A DNA stretch of 64,000 bases, from contig NC_087472.1 in NCBI RefSeq assembly GCF_036321535.1, forward strand, positions 99,512,001 through 99,576,000, written 5' to 3'. This DNA comes from Camelus dromedarius. Taxonomy: Eukaryota. The notes beneath the pieces are model-generated. The model saw only the letters and a program-made list of their open reading frames with translations, was not told the origin of the DNA and ran no database searches. The position numbers and the translations under genes are program-made. Below are positions 36,805-49,191 of the stretch, piece by piece (position 1 is the first letter of the stretch; the number at the start of each line of letters is the position of its first letter).

Positions 36805-39800
36805 GTAAGCTTTGTTCAACTTCTTTAAAGAAGAAAATGTTTTAGTTGGAGTTAAGTATAATTATGCTAATTAAACAATTATTTCACTTTATATGTTCTT
36901 CTAAGACACTTTTCAAAATTCAAAACCGGTTCTTAGAGAACTTTTAAAGGATGGTACTTCTATTTACTAAAAGTTAGCCAGCTATATGTATTCTACGTTT
37001 CTACTTTGTATATTTTGTAAATTTATTTTTACATTGGCATTTTAGTGCCAAAGTAATTTTTATCTTGGTGTTTGTAATTTTGTATATAAAACAGATGACT
37101 AAGTCTCAGTATTAAGCCAGGCATAGACAAAATTGTGGAACTTACTAATATTAAGGAGATTACTGTGTCATAATAATGTAAGCAACATTTTGACAAGTAG
37201 GAGAATATGTTATTTTAAACAGTCAAGAACTTAAAAACAGACTTTTGTTGAAATTGGTCTCTTTAAAAATTTGAAGTTTTTAATCAATTGTATTTACCTT
37301 TAAGCAAGTAATTTTATCTTAGAGTAGGCACAGTTTTCAAGCATTACTTCGTTAAAATGTGCTTAGTGAATGATAATTTGCATTATATGTAATCTAAAAT
37401 CTTCCAAAAATCAACTTGATATTTTGCCATGAGAATTGTGCTATCCTGCTGTTCTTAAAGAGAATTAAATTTGTTGATTGGGATTCCCAGTTGGGAGAAA
37501 ACTCTGTGCTCTTTGCAGCCGTTATTGAGAATATTAGTCTGGAGAACCAGCAATGCTGTTTTCTCAAACATAGATACAAGAAGCTGGCTTGGAAAACTCT
37601 CTTACAGAATTTGGTTAAATGAAAAATGCTGAGTATATTTATCATCCATTAGCAAATCAAGTAAATTGCACTTGGTTGAATTGTAATCTAGAATAAATTA
37701 AAATGTGATTTTGCACCACAGCATGAATAACCAGTCTAATTATGTGTCACAGCCAAATACAGCCAAACAGTTTTTATGTAGCTTGATCATCTAAAAAATT
37801 AACATATAGTTCTTTTCTTTTAAAATTAAAAGAACTATATAATATGGAACTATCGGTATCTATATAGAAAGCGATGCTTTATTTACTTCAATTTTGGATT
37901 ACTTTTAAGAGATAAATAAAGTATACTTTTTTCATTTATCATGTGTTTTTTATGTTAGATCAAAAAATGGTTACAGATCCATGATTAGCAAATACTTATT
38001 TATTGGCTTTTACCAAGGGGTATTTAAGTTATTTTATTTCAACCTTCAACAATATTTTCTGACACTCAGAACAATTTAAAAAATACAAATGCCTTAAGAA
38101 CACACTTCCTGACTCAAGGGAGGGGAGGAAAAAGGAAATTATGTATACAAGGCAGGGAATAATGCCAAATGTTGAATCATTCTTTAAAATCAGTTAATGT
38201 CACCCAGTTTGTTTTCTTGATGCTTGCATGGTACAGTATTAGTTTTCTATAATTCAGGTAGGCAGCATTGATTTCAGTTCCTTTCCTTTAATCCTTTTTA
38301 AAAACATTTTAAGAACAAAAGTTTTTTTCCCTTTCAACTTAAAAAGGAAACATTGAGTTAATTTTTTCCTGTTAGTGGGTAAACCTTAAAGACCATTTAA
38401 GAGGAAACCTATGGACCTTTTGATGGTCCTGGGAAACAAATGAGCTGGCTTTTGGTGTCGCTGGAGGAACACCAAAAGATTCACCTGTCCATGAATTTTC
38501 TTCTGCCATTTTTCTGTGATGTCTAAAATGATACTCTTTATAAATTCCTGAAATTATAGATTTTTTAACTGAACTGAGTTTGTTTTACCTATCAGGGTCA
38601 TATCTCAACAGGTATTTATCCAGTAACAAATCTTTGAAACCTTAGGTAAATTCTTAGAGGACAGATACTCTTCTGTATCTTAGTATTGCTAACACCTAGC
38701 ACATTACCTGGCCCATAATCTGAATTGCCTAAGAGAATACGCCATGGATCAGAAACACTTCCATCAGGACCAGGCAGTCAGGGAGAAGCAAAAGCATGAG
38801 AGCCACCTGAATTTTAGTCCCCTCTTGAACTTCTCTTCGTCTCCTTTGCACTCTCTGATCCAAACATTGGTCTCTATGTGTGCTCTACACTGGCCTTTAC
38901 ACTGGTTTGTCCCTTTGCCTGGAATGCTTTCCCCCAAGATGGTTGGCTCCTCACCTCCTTAGAGAAACAACACCTTTTTAATAAAGCCTGCCTTGATGTT
39001 TTATTTAAAATTACAAGCCCTCCTTTCCATCCATTTACTTCTGATCCCTTTTATCCAACTTAGTATCATTTTCCATGGTATTTATCATGTTCTGACATGG
39101 ACAGGTATCCATGTATCATTTAAAGTACAGTTGTGCCAGAGAATGTAAAAATGTGAACCTCACAAAGTAATTAGAATGGATATCATTCATATCTATGCTC
39201 TACTTCATTGATAAAATTCTTCCCACAAAATTGCTTCATCATGTACTTTACAGGCAGAAACACAATTTTACAAGCTATTAAACTATAGTTCTGTGTTTTC
39301 ATGTGACAAGTTTATTTCAGTAACAATTGATTTAATGACATAAGATAACATTTGTCACATGCAAATATCGGCCTGTCCTTGGTTATTAGTGCCTTCAGAA
39401 ATTTGATTTTCCTTTCTGCATCCGTCTCACTGGATTCCAGATATGAGCTATAAGAGCACATCGTTGCTTTCCTAGGTGTTGTCCAAGATTACCCAAGAAT
39501 TAGTATTATGTCCTCATTGAACTTCACATTCATTTCTAAAGTATTCGTGGTCCCATAACTTGGAAAAATTCCACGATTTGGGGATCAAGATACTGACCAA
39601 GGACGTTGTGCCTGTCATACCACTATGACTTCATGTGTATATGTGTATATATATTAGATAGAAAATGGTTTGCTGACATGACCAGTAAAAATTTAAACTT
39701 GGGAGGACAGAAAAATGTACTGAGGATAGAACAGTGGCAAGTTTTTGGAACTTGGGCCATAGGCATTGATCTTTTCTCTCCACCCCCAAGAACGTTTTTT

Positions 39801-39899
39801 GTACTCTCTGGGCCCCAATCTAGAAAAAGACTTAAAGTTCTAGTTCATATCCTCAAAGAAGGATTGTATCCAATTTGAGGTGGAAGAAAGTAGGCAATG

Positions 39900-41490
39900 G
39901 GGGAAGGCGCTATTTAACAAAGGAAAGAAACACCGACAAAAAAGGAACATTTGGAAATTTATTTAAAAATAAGATTTGCCAGAATAAAAAATTCATTATG
40001 AGCGTGGAAAAATAAAATAATAAAGGACATATTTCAGAAAAGAGCTGGTAAATAGAAAAAAGATAAGGATTTAATTCCAGGCATACAATATCCAACTACT
40101 AGAAGAGTTGCAAAAAGAGAAACCCTAAAGAGTAGATGGAAGGAAATTATCAAAGAAATGTTAGAATTCCCCCAGAGGTAGAGAATTCAAGTCTAGATTA
40201 CAAAGGTTACCCAAGCATCTTAGTATTCTGAAGGAAAGGAGACCCATGTTTATCTCACTTAGTGTGGAATTTCAGAAGTACAAAGGCAGAGAAAATTCTT
40301 AAAGCTTCCAGAATTAAAACCAGGTCACCTACGGAAAAGTATGTATCAGGCTTGCGTCATCCGTCTCATCAGCAGTGCTAGGAGGCAGTGGAGGAATGGC
40401 GTCAACGTTCTTGGGCAAGATTGTTTTTATTCTAGAATTTGGTAGCAAGCCAAACTATACAAATCTGAAGACAAAATAAAGGCATTTTCAGATGTGCAAG
40501 ATCCAGAACATTTTCTTCCACATCACCTTTCTTAGGAAGTTATGAGGGAGCAATCTAAGACAGACAGAGACGTGGGAAACTGAAAATAGTGGATTCAATC
40601 AGGAAAGCACTGAAGATAAATCCCGAGGTAATAGCTATGCAGCAAGACCTAGAGAACAACCAGTCCCGATGAGGGGGTAAGAGAGGGGTCTCAGATGACT
40701 GGAAAGTATGGTTAAAAGCTAAGATTTAAAGTCCCCTTGGATTATCTCAGAAGTCACTGTTATGGACTCGTATAAAAGGAAATTTACTATACTCTGTAGC
40801 CAATTTTTTGTTTTTTGTTTTTTTGAAGGTGGCTTACTTATTTATGTATTTAGTGGAGGTACTGGGGATTGAACCCAGGACCTCTCATGCTAAGCATGCT
40901 CTCTACCACTGAACTATGCCCTGCCACCTATACTTCCTAGCCTGCATTTGAACAAGATATTGTTATGAAAATGTGGCTGCTTATATAGCCTTTCAGCTTT
41001 TAGAATCAGGCTGTGGAGACAGCATGAAGGATTTGATTGTGGTTACAAGAGAGAATGTTAATTTTTTAATATTAATAGCCTTAATATTAATAAAATGTAA
41101 AAATACAGCTAGTACGAAGTGGGAAATTTGAGGGTAAGAACTTATGGGCACTATTACCCTCCTTTTACAAAATGAGGAGTTAGAATTCTGTCTGAAACTG
41201 ATGGGAAAGACAGGAGGTTTATATGAAAATAATACTATCAAACATTGAGGAGGAAGATGATGGGTGGAGGGGGCACAATATAACTAAGTCCCTCATGTTC
41301 CTTACTTTTAAATCAATGGGCATTGTCTTAATAAACTAAGAAGTTATCAAAGTAAATGCAGAAGTCATTTTTTTTTAAGTCTAGGTATGAGGGTGAGAAG
41401 AGACTTGCTTTTCATCGTAAGCTATTCTGCCTCTATTTGATTTGTTACCCATGTGCATGTATTACTTTGATTGTAAAAACAAAAAAACTT
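39900..41490 (+). mobile_element. HAL1-like relic
   Basis: ORF1-like remnants (aaggaaattatcaaagaaat, aaaataaaggcattttcagatgtgcaag) and tail ctatttgatttgttacccatgtgcatgtattactttgat. Confidence 0.6.
40803..40925 (-). mobile_element. tRNA-derived SINE, camelid vic-1 type
   Basis: Reverse strand has A box (tagttcagtggtagag) and B box (ggttcaatcccc) ending gtacctcc, followed by an A-rich tail. Same family as 56439-56580. Confidence 0.8.
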
Positions 41491-42324
41491 AGGGAATGGG
41501 AAATAACGCAAGTTGACAAAAGCCTACGTGTAAGGGACTGTTGGAGAATAATATCAGAAAAGCAGTTAAGACCATAGTGTAGAGGGCCTCCAATGCCATG
41601 GTCAAGCAGTGCATTTAATTTGGGACAACTTGGAGGAGTTTTTGAGCAGTCTGGCCATTTGACTGAAACTGTCTACTTTCAGAAAATGAATTTATTAGGA
41701 GGATGAATTGGAGTGGCAGTGGCAAAAAGGGGCATTATGAGTGGCCAAGCTAATTTCAGTTTTCTACAGGAAAGGTAACGAAGGGTTGCACCTGGACTAT
41801 ATTGGAAATAGAAAGAGATACTCCCAGTATCCCAGATACCATGCTTGATACACAGCAGGTGTTTTCGTATGTTTGTTGGATGAAAGGATCAAAGGGAGAG
41901 ACTATGTTTTTCAGTAATTTTTTGACATAAGAGGAAAGGCAGGGTAGTCATCAAAGATGAAATCTTTTGTGAATAGTAACTGCTATTTATTTAGAGATCC
42001 ATGGCCTGATTGTAGCTCCCACTGTAAGAGTAAGGCTTGATCTTGTATGCCCACTACAAAATGCAGAACAGTTATAATTCGGTAATCCTTCCCTGCCTAT
42101 GTTGCACCTTTATTTGTGACAGACAATTGTAGTAGGTATTTGCTATGAAATATAAGATGAAAAAGTGTAGCAGCCTAATAAATCACATCCCACTTAACCC
42201 AAGAAAGAAAAATGTTAAAACATATAGAACGTTACAGGGTATAGTTCTTTAAAGCCTCATGATATAAGGGCATAAATAACTGACTTCAGTTAGTCTCTTA
42301 AACAGTTAGCTTTTCCCACAGGAG

Positions 42325-42372
42325 GCTCACTGGCACATGCTGGAATCCAACCCATGAACTTGGCCTCATGAG
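42325..42372 (-). mobile_element. Ancient tRNA-derived SINE head (MamSINE1-like)
   Basis: Reverse complement reads atgaggccaagttcatgggttggattccagcatgtgccagt, a tRNA-like anticodon/B-box region. Short and diverged. Confidence 0.45.
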
Positions 42373-44626
42373 TTCAAGTCTGTAATCCATTAGTCTTCAC
42401 AGTTTGATAACCACTTTAGTGTATAGAAAAGAAAACAGAGAGCTTCTTTATGCTTTGATTTCCATGCATAATGTATGTAATTTAGTAATTCAAAAAGTAT
42501 ATAATTTTATAAGCCAATAAAAGTATACAAATATTGAATATATGCTAATTTTATTTTATTTTTCTGATAAGGATGTGCTACTACAGGCTCAGAGACCACT
42601 TCCCCAATCAGTTTAGCTAACTTACCCAAGAGATACAGACCAGTTACAAAGATCAGGGAAATCAGTCTGTATGTTCCTGCCATTGATCTTGGATAGGGAA
42701 CCACCAAGAGCCTCTTGGTGTGGTGTAATGCTAAGATCCTTGTTTTAGAAGTTGTTAGAAGCCAGAAGACCTGGAATTGAGCCCTGAGTCTGCCAGTTCC
42801 TAGCTTATGATCTTTACTTGATCTGTTTATAGACTTCAGATTGTAGAGTATTCAAACCACTTTGCCTTTAAAAGATCTGTCGAATTTCTAATGGTCAATG
42901 GAGGAGCCCACAGAGAATTCTGAAACGTTTGTGCTTGCTCTGGGGTGTGCTCTACTCTGTGTTATCATCAGCCCTCTTGAGTATTATTGTGTAGTCAAAG
43001 GTGTGTCACGAAGCATAAATAGAAGATAAAAGGTAAAAATGCACCTAACCCAAGCTTGGTACACGTTAAGTGCTTAATAAATATTTGCTGGATTTTAGTC
43101 TAAATCTTACTTAATCAATCCCACATATACATTGTTCTGTGAAAGATTTTTTTAAAGAATTTGTTAATTTGTTTCCTTTCTTTGCCCTTGTACATTGGTC
43201 TCATTTGGATGGAAGGGGTAGCCAGGAAGCAGTCAGCTAATGTTTGTTTCTACCCTAATGCCTACTGCATGGGATCGTTGTGAGAATTACATGAGATCAT
43301 ACATGTGAAATTACAAAATAAAGGAATAAACCATACTAGAGGACTGTTTTATTATTGTTGCCAAAGTTCCAAGAGAGTCCAAAATGATTAAGCTGCCTAA
43401 GTAGAACATTCTGCAAACTACAGCTTCTATCTTAAAGAGTAAAAAGGTGGACCTGGATTTCTTTTTTGTCCTCTTACAGGAGCTTTTTTCCCTTTTACTA
43501 CTCATTTTCAAAACCTACCACATTAGGATATCCTGGTATATCTTTTTGAGAAATCTTTGTAATTCCCTCTATTGCTAGCCTTCTGTGGGCATCTCAGAAT
43601 GTTAGTTGAGTTCAAACATTTATATGGAATACAATGGCAATAAAAATAATTACTTACGTTTGTATAACACATTTAGATTATACTAATAGTACATATGCAG
43701 TAGGAAAAAATAGCATTATAAATGAAAGAAAAGAAAAGATAATCTTTGACAGGCTTATTATGTGTCTGATTTTGTTGGGTTTTGTTTTATTGTTGCAGTT
43801 TTTGGCTGACTTACAGCACGTGTCTTGATTAAGTACGGTGTACTTAATCTGCTGCTCTCAGAGTAAATAAGTAGTTGAAATGCTATGTATATTTACATAT
43901 ATTGTCAACTTTTCTCTTCTGATACCTTCTCTCAGATATAGTAAAGCATCCACGGTCTTGAAGTATCCTTCACTTAACCCCAAGACTTTTTACTGTTCCA
44001 TCATGCTGAACAGTCTTTTTTTTTTTTTCTGTCTAATCTTCCATCCACATGTTAAATCTTTTTGATTTCCTGTTTTAGAGTAATTTCTTTCTCCCCTCTC
44101 AGATCTCAGGTAATCCTAGAAACAGAAAGTAACTTAGACATTTCAAACACAGTAAACATCAGCATGCTATTTCAAACGCTCTTGTTGAGGGTAGAAATCT
44201 CCACATTTACCCTGGAATATTTTTCAACCCCTCTCCCCAGTAATCAGGAGTCTTTTGTGTATAGCACTGGTTCTACCTAATACATCCGCATGTCAGAGCA
44301 CAGCAGATTACTCTGATCTGTTTTCAGACTTCTTTACACTCTCTGCCCTCACCCCATGAAACTGCTTATTCTGATTATCTCCAGTAGGAAGAATGAAGAC
44401 TAGAAAGTATTCAGTGCTAATGTTATGTAGAGGTTAAACTGGCCTGTGTGGTTGGCGGGTATTATTCTGTCTCTGACTTTTAACTTGAAAGTATATTTGC
44501 TTGGCATGTGTTCTCTGTTTACTTGGTGGGTCAGTAAAGGTGGTTTGTATGTGTTAATTTGAGGATTTTTAATATGATCCACTAAATTTATATTGCTTAA
44601 TTTATAGCCAGGGAAAGTAGCTCTAA

Positions 44627-44788
<162 letters not shown>

Positions 44789-45919
44789 TAGGTGCTTTGT
44801 AAAAAGTGATTTTTTTTGGAATTTATGTATATTTCATACAAATGAGGAATGGAAATATTTTATGAAATACTACTGATCTCCCTACAAAGCAGTATTTTCT
44901 GTGTTTTTACATTTCTCACTATCAGTAATTGTGAGAAAGTGAATATAAAGTCATTCAAAAGTACATTGGAAACTTCTGTAAATCGACAGTATTCACTTCA
45001 TATTCGTTTGATCTTCAAGACTATATGGCCTCTCTAATTACATTTCTTGAATGATAAAAAACCACAAAATGTTCCCGTGATACACTGGCCTCCTTTTGAG
45101 TCTTCGTGTAAAATGGAAAGGTGATCTTGGAATACATTATAACAGTGCACCTCAATCTTTCCTCCAGACTATCCGTAAAATCAGCAGAAAGTAAATGGGT
45201 ACTCCCAAGGAACTAGGGTGGGGGGTAACCACTACAAGTATGAAATTTCGGGGAATTATAGCTTGCCTTAAAAATGAATGCAAAGATTGCATCCTGTTCA
45301 GTGATATCTGTGTTTGTTTTTAATATCCAAAATTATTTCCCAAATCCCACAACTAAAATTGCTACGGAAGATGCAATATCTTTATCATTTTTCTTCAAGT
45401 GTTCCTTGTGCCCCTGCCACATACCTCAGGAGCCCTTCCTGTACTCCATTTTGAGCAGTACAGCATTATAATCATTACTACTTGATCTGCCTAGTCCATT
45501 TTTCAGCAAGAGGAACATCCTGAGATTGCATTCAACTTTCACATTGTAGTGCGTGCTTACCACCTCTCTGTGAAGAAACATTTGAAGATATTATGCTTTG
45601 CAAGCTTCAAAACAACACCAGTTTCGCCCTCTTGTGTATTTTAATAGGACTTTTTAGCAATTCTTGGCTAACATAGGTAATCTCTTATAGCTGTTAACCT
45701 CTTTCAAACCCAAAGTGATGTTTTTAATCCAAATATAGCTAAAGTAGCCAGCAGAAAATACTGGTTGCAAGTTTGGGCTCTAGGTCAGCTGGACTTGGAT
45801 TCTTTTTTTTTTTTTCTTCTTCTACTTATTTGCTATGTGCACTTGAGCAAGTTGCTTAACCTCTTGGTGCCCCATTTTCCTCTTCTAGACAGTCATTAAG
45901 TATTGAAATTCCATTCTAG

Positions 45920-47000
45920 CTACCTTCTCCTCACTCTGTACTCCCTACTAATTATTTTCTCTATGCGCACTATCTTAATAAAACCCACATACAGCTGATG
46001 TGACAGATTTATATCTCCAGTGTAGATTGGGCCTCCAAGCTCTGAACTCCACGTACAGCTGCTTATTTTTTTTCTCTTTGTGTGTCTCAAAGGCAGTTTA
46101 AACTCAGCAAATCTAAGACCAAACTCATGATTTTCCCCTATCCCCCAAACCTCTCTTTTCATTTCTGTCAGTGTGAATGGCACCCAGTTAATTAAGCAAG
46201 CCAGAAATTTGGGAGGCATTCTTGACATATCCCTCTAGCCTCCATCCTTCCCTCTGCCCACCCCCAATCTGATCTGTCCTCAAGTTCTATTGATTTAGTA
46301 AAGATTTCTCAAATCATGCCTGTTTCCTCCCTGCCCCTCCTCCAGTCTGTGCTACCACCGTTGCTCCTTGGCCTATTGCAGGAGGCTCCTAACTTGGGCT
46401 TCCCAAATCTATTCTTGCCTCAAGCCGTCATTTACATGATAGCCAAAGAGAGCTAGTCTTATACTCCTTAAACCCTGCAGTAGCCTCCCTTTGCTTTTAG
46501 GATAAAGACAGATTCTTAAGATGGCTGAAGAGCCCCTCAGTCTGGCCCCTAGCTACCTCAGCAACGTCACCTTATATACTTTTTGCCAATGTGTTCTGAC
46601 CACATTGGCCTTCTTTTTCAGTCTGTAAACACCAGCCTCCATCCCACTAGAAAGCTTTTACATGTGCTATTCCCTCTGCCAGAAACACTCTGCCCTACCC
46701 CTACCCCAACCCCTTCCTCAGCTGGTTAGCTCCCCTCATGCTTATGATCTCAAAGAAGTCTTTTCAACCATCCTTACTTGGTCACATTCTTATCTTTTAC
46801 CCTTTCAGAACATTACATACGTCATCTTCACAACACTCACCACAGTTGCAGGTTTTTGTTTGTGTAATGATTTGTTTATTAACTGTCTCCCCCACTGTAT
46901 GTTCCGTGAGTGCAGGGGCCATGCATGCCTGTACCATGTCTCACCATTGAACCAGAAGCACAGTACCTAGCATGTAATTCTGGAAAGAATTAATGAGTAA
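45920..47000 (+). mobile_element. L2 LINE, ~1 kb
   Basis: aaactcagcaaatctaagaccaaactcatgatttt, gccagaaatttgggaggcattcttgac, cttttaggataaagac, gcacagtacctagcatgt. Confidence 0.8.
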
Positions 47001-47439
47001 ATAATAGTCTTGCCCTCATAGGGTAGTAGTAAGAATTAAATAAGACCAAGTACATAGTATCTGCTACAAGATTGTGTTATCATGCAATTTATTATGGATA
47101 AACTCAAGTAGATGGTTTTATTTCTATACATTAGATTTTCAGGGAACACAATTAGTGAAGTTTCCAAAAGTTAGAATGCTTCTCCCTTTATTTTTTTAAA
47201 AGTAGCTTAAATACCTTACTATAAATAGCAAGCACTAAAAATAGGGCATCTCTTGTCTTACTCATCCTAAAAAGCCAGTCTAAGCCAAGGAAACAGGGGT
47301 GACCTGTCAGAGCCTAGAATAGCTTCATGGGGCAGTTCGAAAGGTCAGAAATGCTGATGGGGGAAGATCCCATGGCATCTGGGGCTGCTGCTGCTCCTGC
47401 TGTGCTTGACTGGTGACCAGCTAGAGGGAACACAGTAAG

Positions 47440-47640
47440 AGTGCCCTGAACAGGGGCACAGAACTGGGTGGCTGGCCTGGTTCTTGTCCCAATACCTCCA
47501 CTGTGACACTAGGCAAATTATTTTACCTCTCAGAGCCCTAGCTTGGGAGCTATTAAATAGGCATCGTTTAGTAGGCCCACCTCTCAAAATTATGATGATG
47601 ATGTATTATAAATGTCTGTGAAGATCCTTTGCGAAAACCA
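47440..47640 (+). mobile_element. MIR3-like SINE
   Basis: cctggttcttgtccc...ctgtgacactaggcaaattattttacctctcagagcc. Confidence 0.6.
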
Positions 47641-49109
47641 AGAAGTGCTGAAAAGTATCAGGAAGGTGCTTTCCAAGAAGAATGAAGAAAGTTTGGAACC
47701 CATGGGGAGAATTTTCCTTGTAGAGTGGCACAAAGAAGCTTGATTAGGGAATCTTAAGAGTGAGCAGTAAATATCAGATAAATCCTAATTATTGCCACCT
47801 AATTTGAATTTATTTCAGTTCAGAAATATTCATAATCTCTGATTGCCTTTAACATTTGAACATTATTCCATTTTAGGAACCGCCCTGATTGAGAACACTT
47901 TTCTCTCTCTAGGTTGGCTCACTGCTAACAGGCTGAAAGGAACTCAAGGGTGGGCCATGGTGAGGGGATGAGGGAGATGATTTGGGGAGAGAAACATACC
48001 CAGCATCACTGTTTCTGTATGCAGTATGGCACTTTTCACTCAACTTGAGAACATTGCCCATTACCTTTGGCACAGTTTCTCGAAGTGAGGAACTCTGCCT
48101 CGCCCTACAATCAGTTGAATGAATCATTTTTTTTTTTATTTTGTGCTAGTAGCCTGGTGTGCTAATACGGATAATTGAGAGCTGACCCTAAAGTTAATTC
48201 TTCATTGTAATTGCGTCTCTCCTTCCGTCTGTGGCAGCTCAATAGCAAGCTAGGAAAGAATGAGTAGGAGAAAAAGGTGAAATTCAGGTCCATTTAGCAG
48301 GTCTGTTTAAAGGTTTGATGGAAAAGATCATGAAATTAATGATCAAAGTGAGTAGAGGGGATTTATTGGTAGTTCTGTGTTAGCCATGTTACAGCATGAC
48401 CGTGAATTATTTAGAGCGTACTTTATTCATTTTGCATAAATCCCACACTTTATTTTTGAAAGCAGCTAAAAACACTTGGAAAATCAAGATGCTCAGTAAC
48501 ATAGCAGGGAATTGTGTTCTTCATATTTGGGTATGTGTGTGTATTTGATTTTTAAAAGATGGGGGGCAAGGTTCTGACTTAATTGACATTAAATATTTGT
48601 GAGTAGCCTTCTTCACTGAAAGTGTTTTAAGTTGTTCTGCCCAGCAATGAGAAATTTATGTAAAGGTTTCATGTACAGAAAAGACTATTCATCAAAAGAA
48701 TTGAATCAACAGAATACTGTGGTCAAGGGGAACTCCTGTATAACAATTTTTATGGAATGAGAACAATTTTTGTTTTGTTAAAAGCAGAGCAATCACCACC
48801 TGTGTTATACTTTAAACATGTTAGGCTTTTCTCTAATTGCTGCATAGTTTTAAAATGTTTGTTTCTGTCTTATATCTTACATGCTCTTTGGGAATTGACA
48901 AGCAGCAACAAAAATATATTCACTTATATTGACGCCAAAGTTATAACCACCGTTTACAATGCATTGTATTTATAATTGGTACATTTTAAGGAAAATAGTT
49001 AATGTATCAATCTTTCTAATAATAAGCTTTATTACAGTAGAGGTCTTATTTTCGCGGTAGTGTAGTTTGGGATACCTTATAAAACTTATTTTCTCTTGTT
49101 TAAATACAG

Positions 49110-49191
49110 GTTTTCTTAGTCAAAAAAATCTCAGGCTCTGATGCTAGACAGCTTTACGCCATGAAAGTATTGAAGAAGGCCACACTGAAAG
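49110..49191 (+). CDS. RPS6KA3: RSK2 coding exon 4 ([27 protein letters not shown])
   Basis: atacag|GTT ... AAAG|gtaagt, 82 bp. Contains the AMK catalytic lysine motif. Confidence 0.98.

Noticed and set aside
43780..43840. Acceptor-like site (ttttattgttgcag) suggesting a micro-exon before exon 3
   Set aside because: No good donor follows and there is an in-frame stop; no support.
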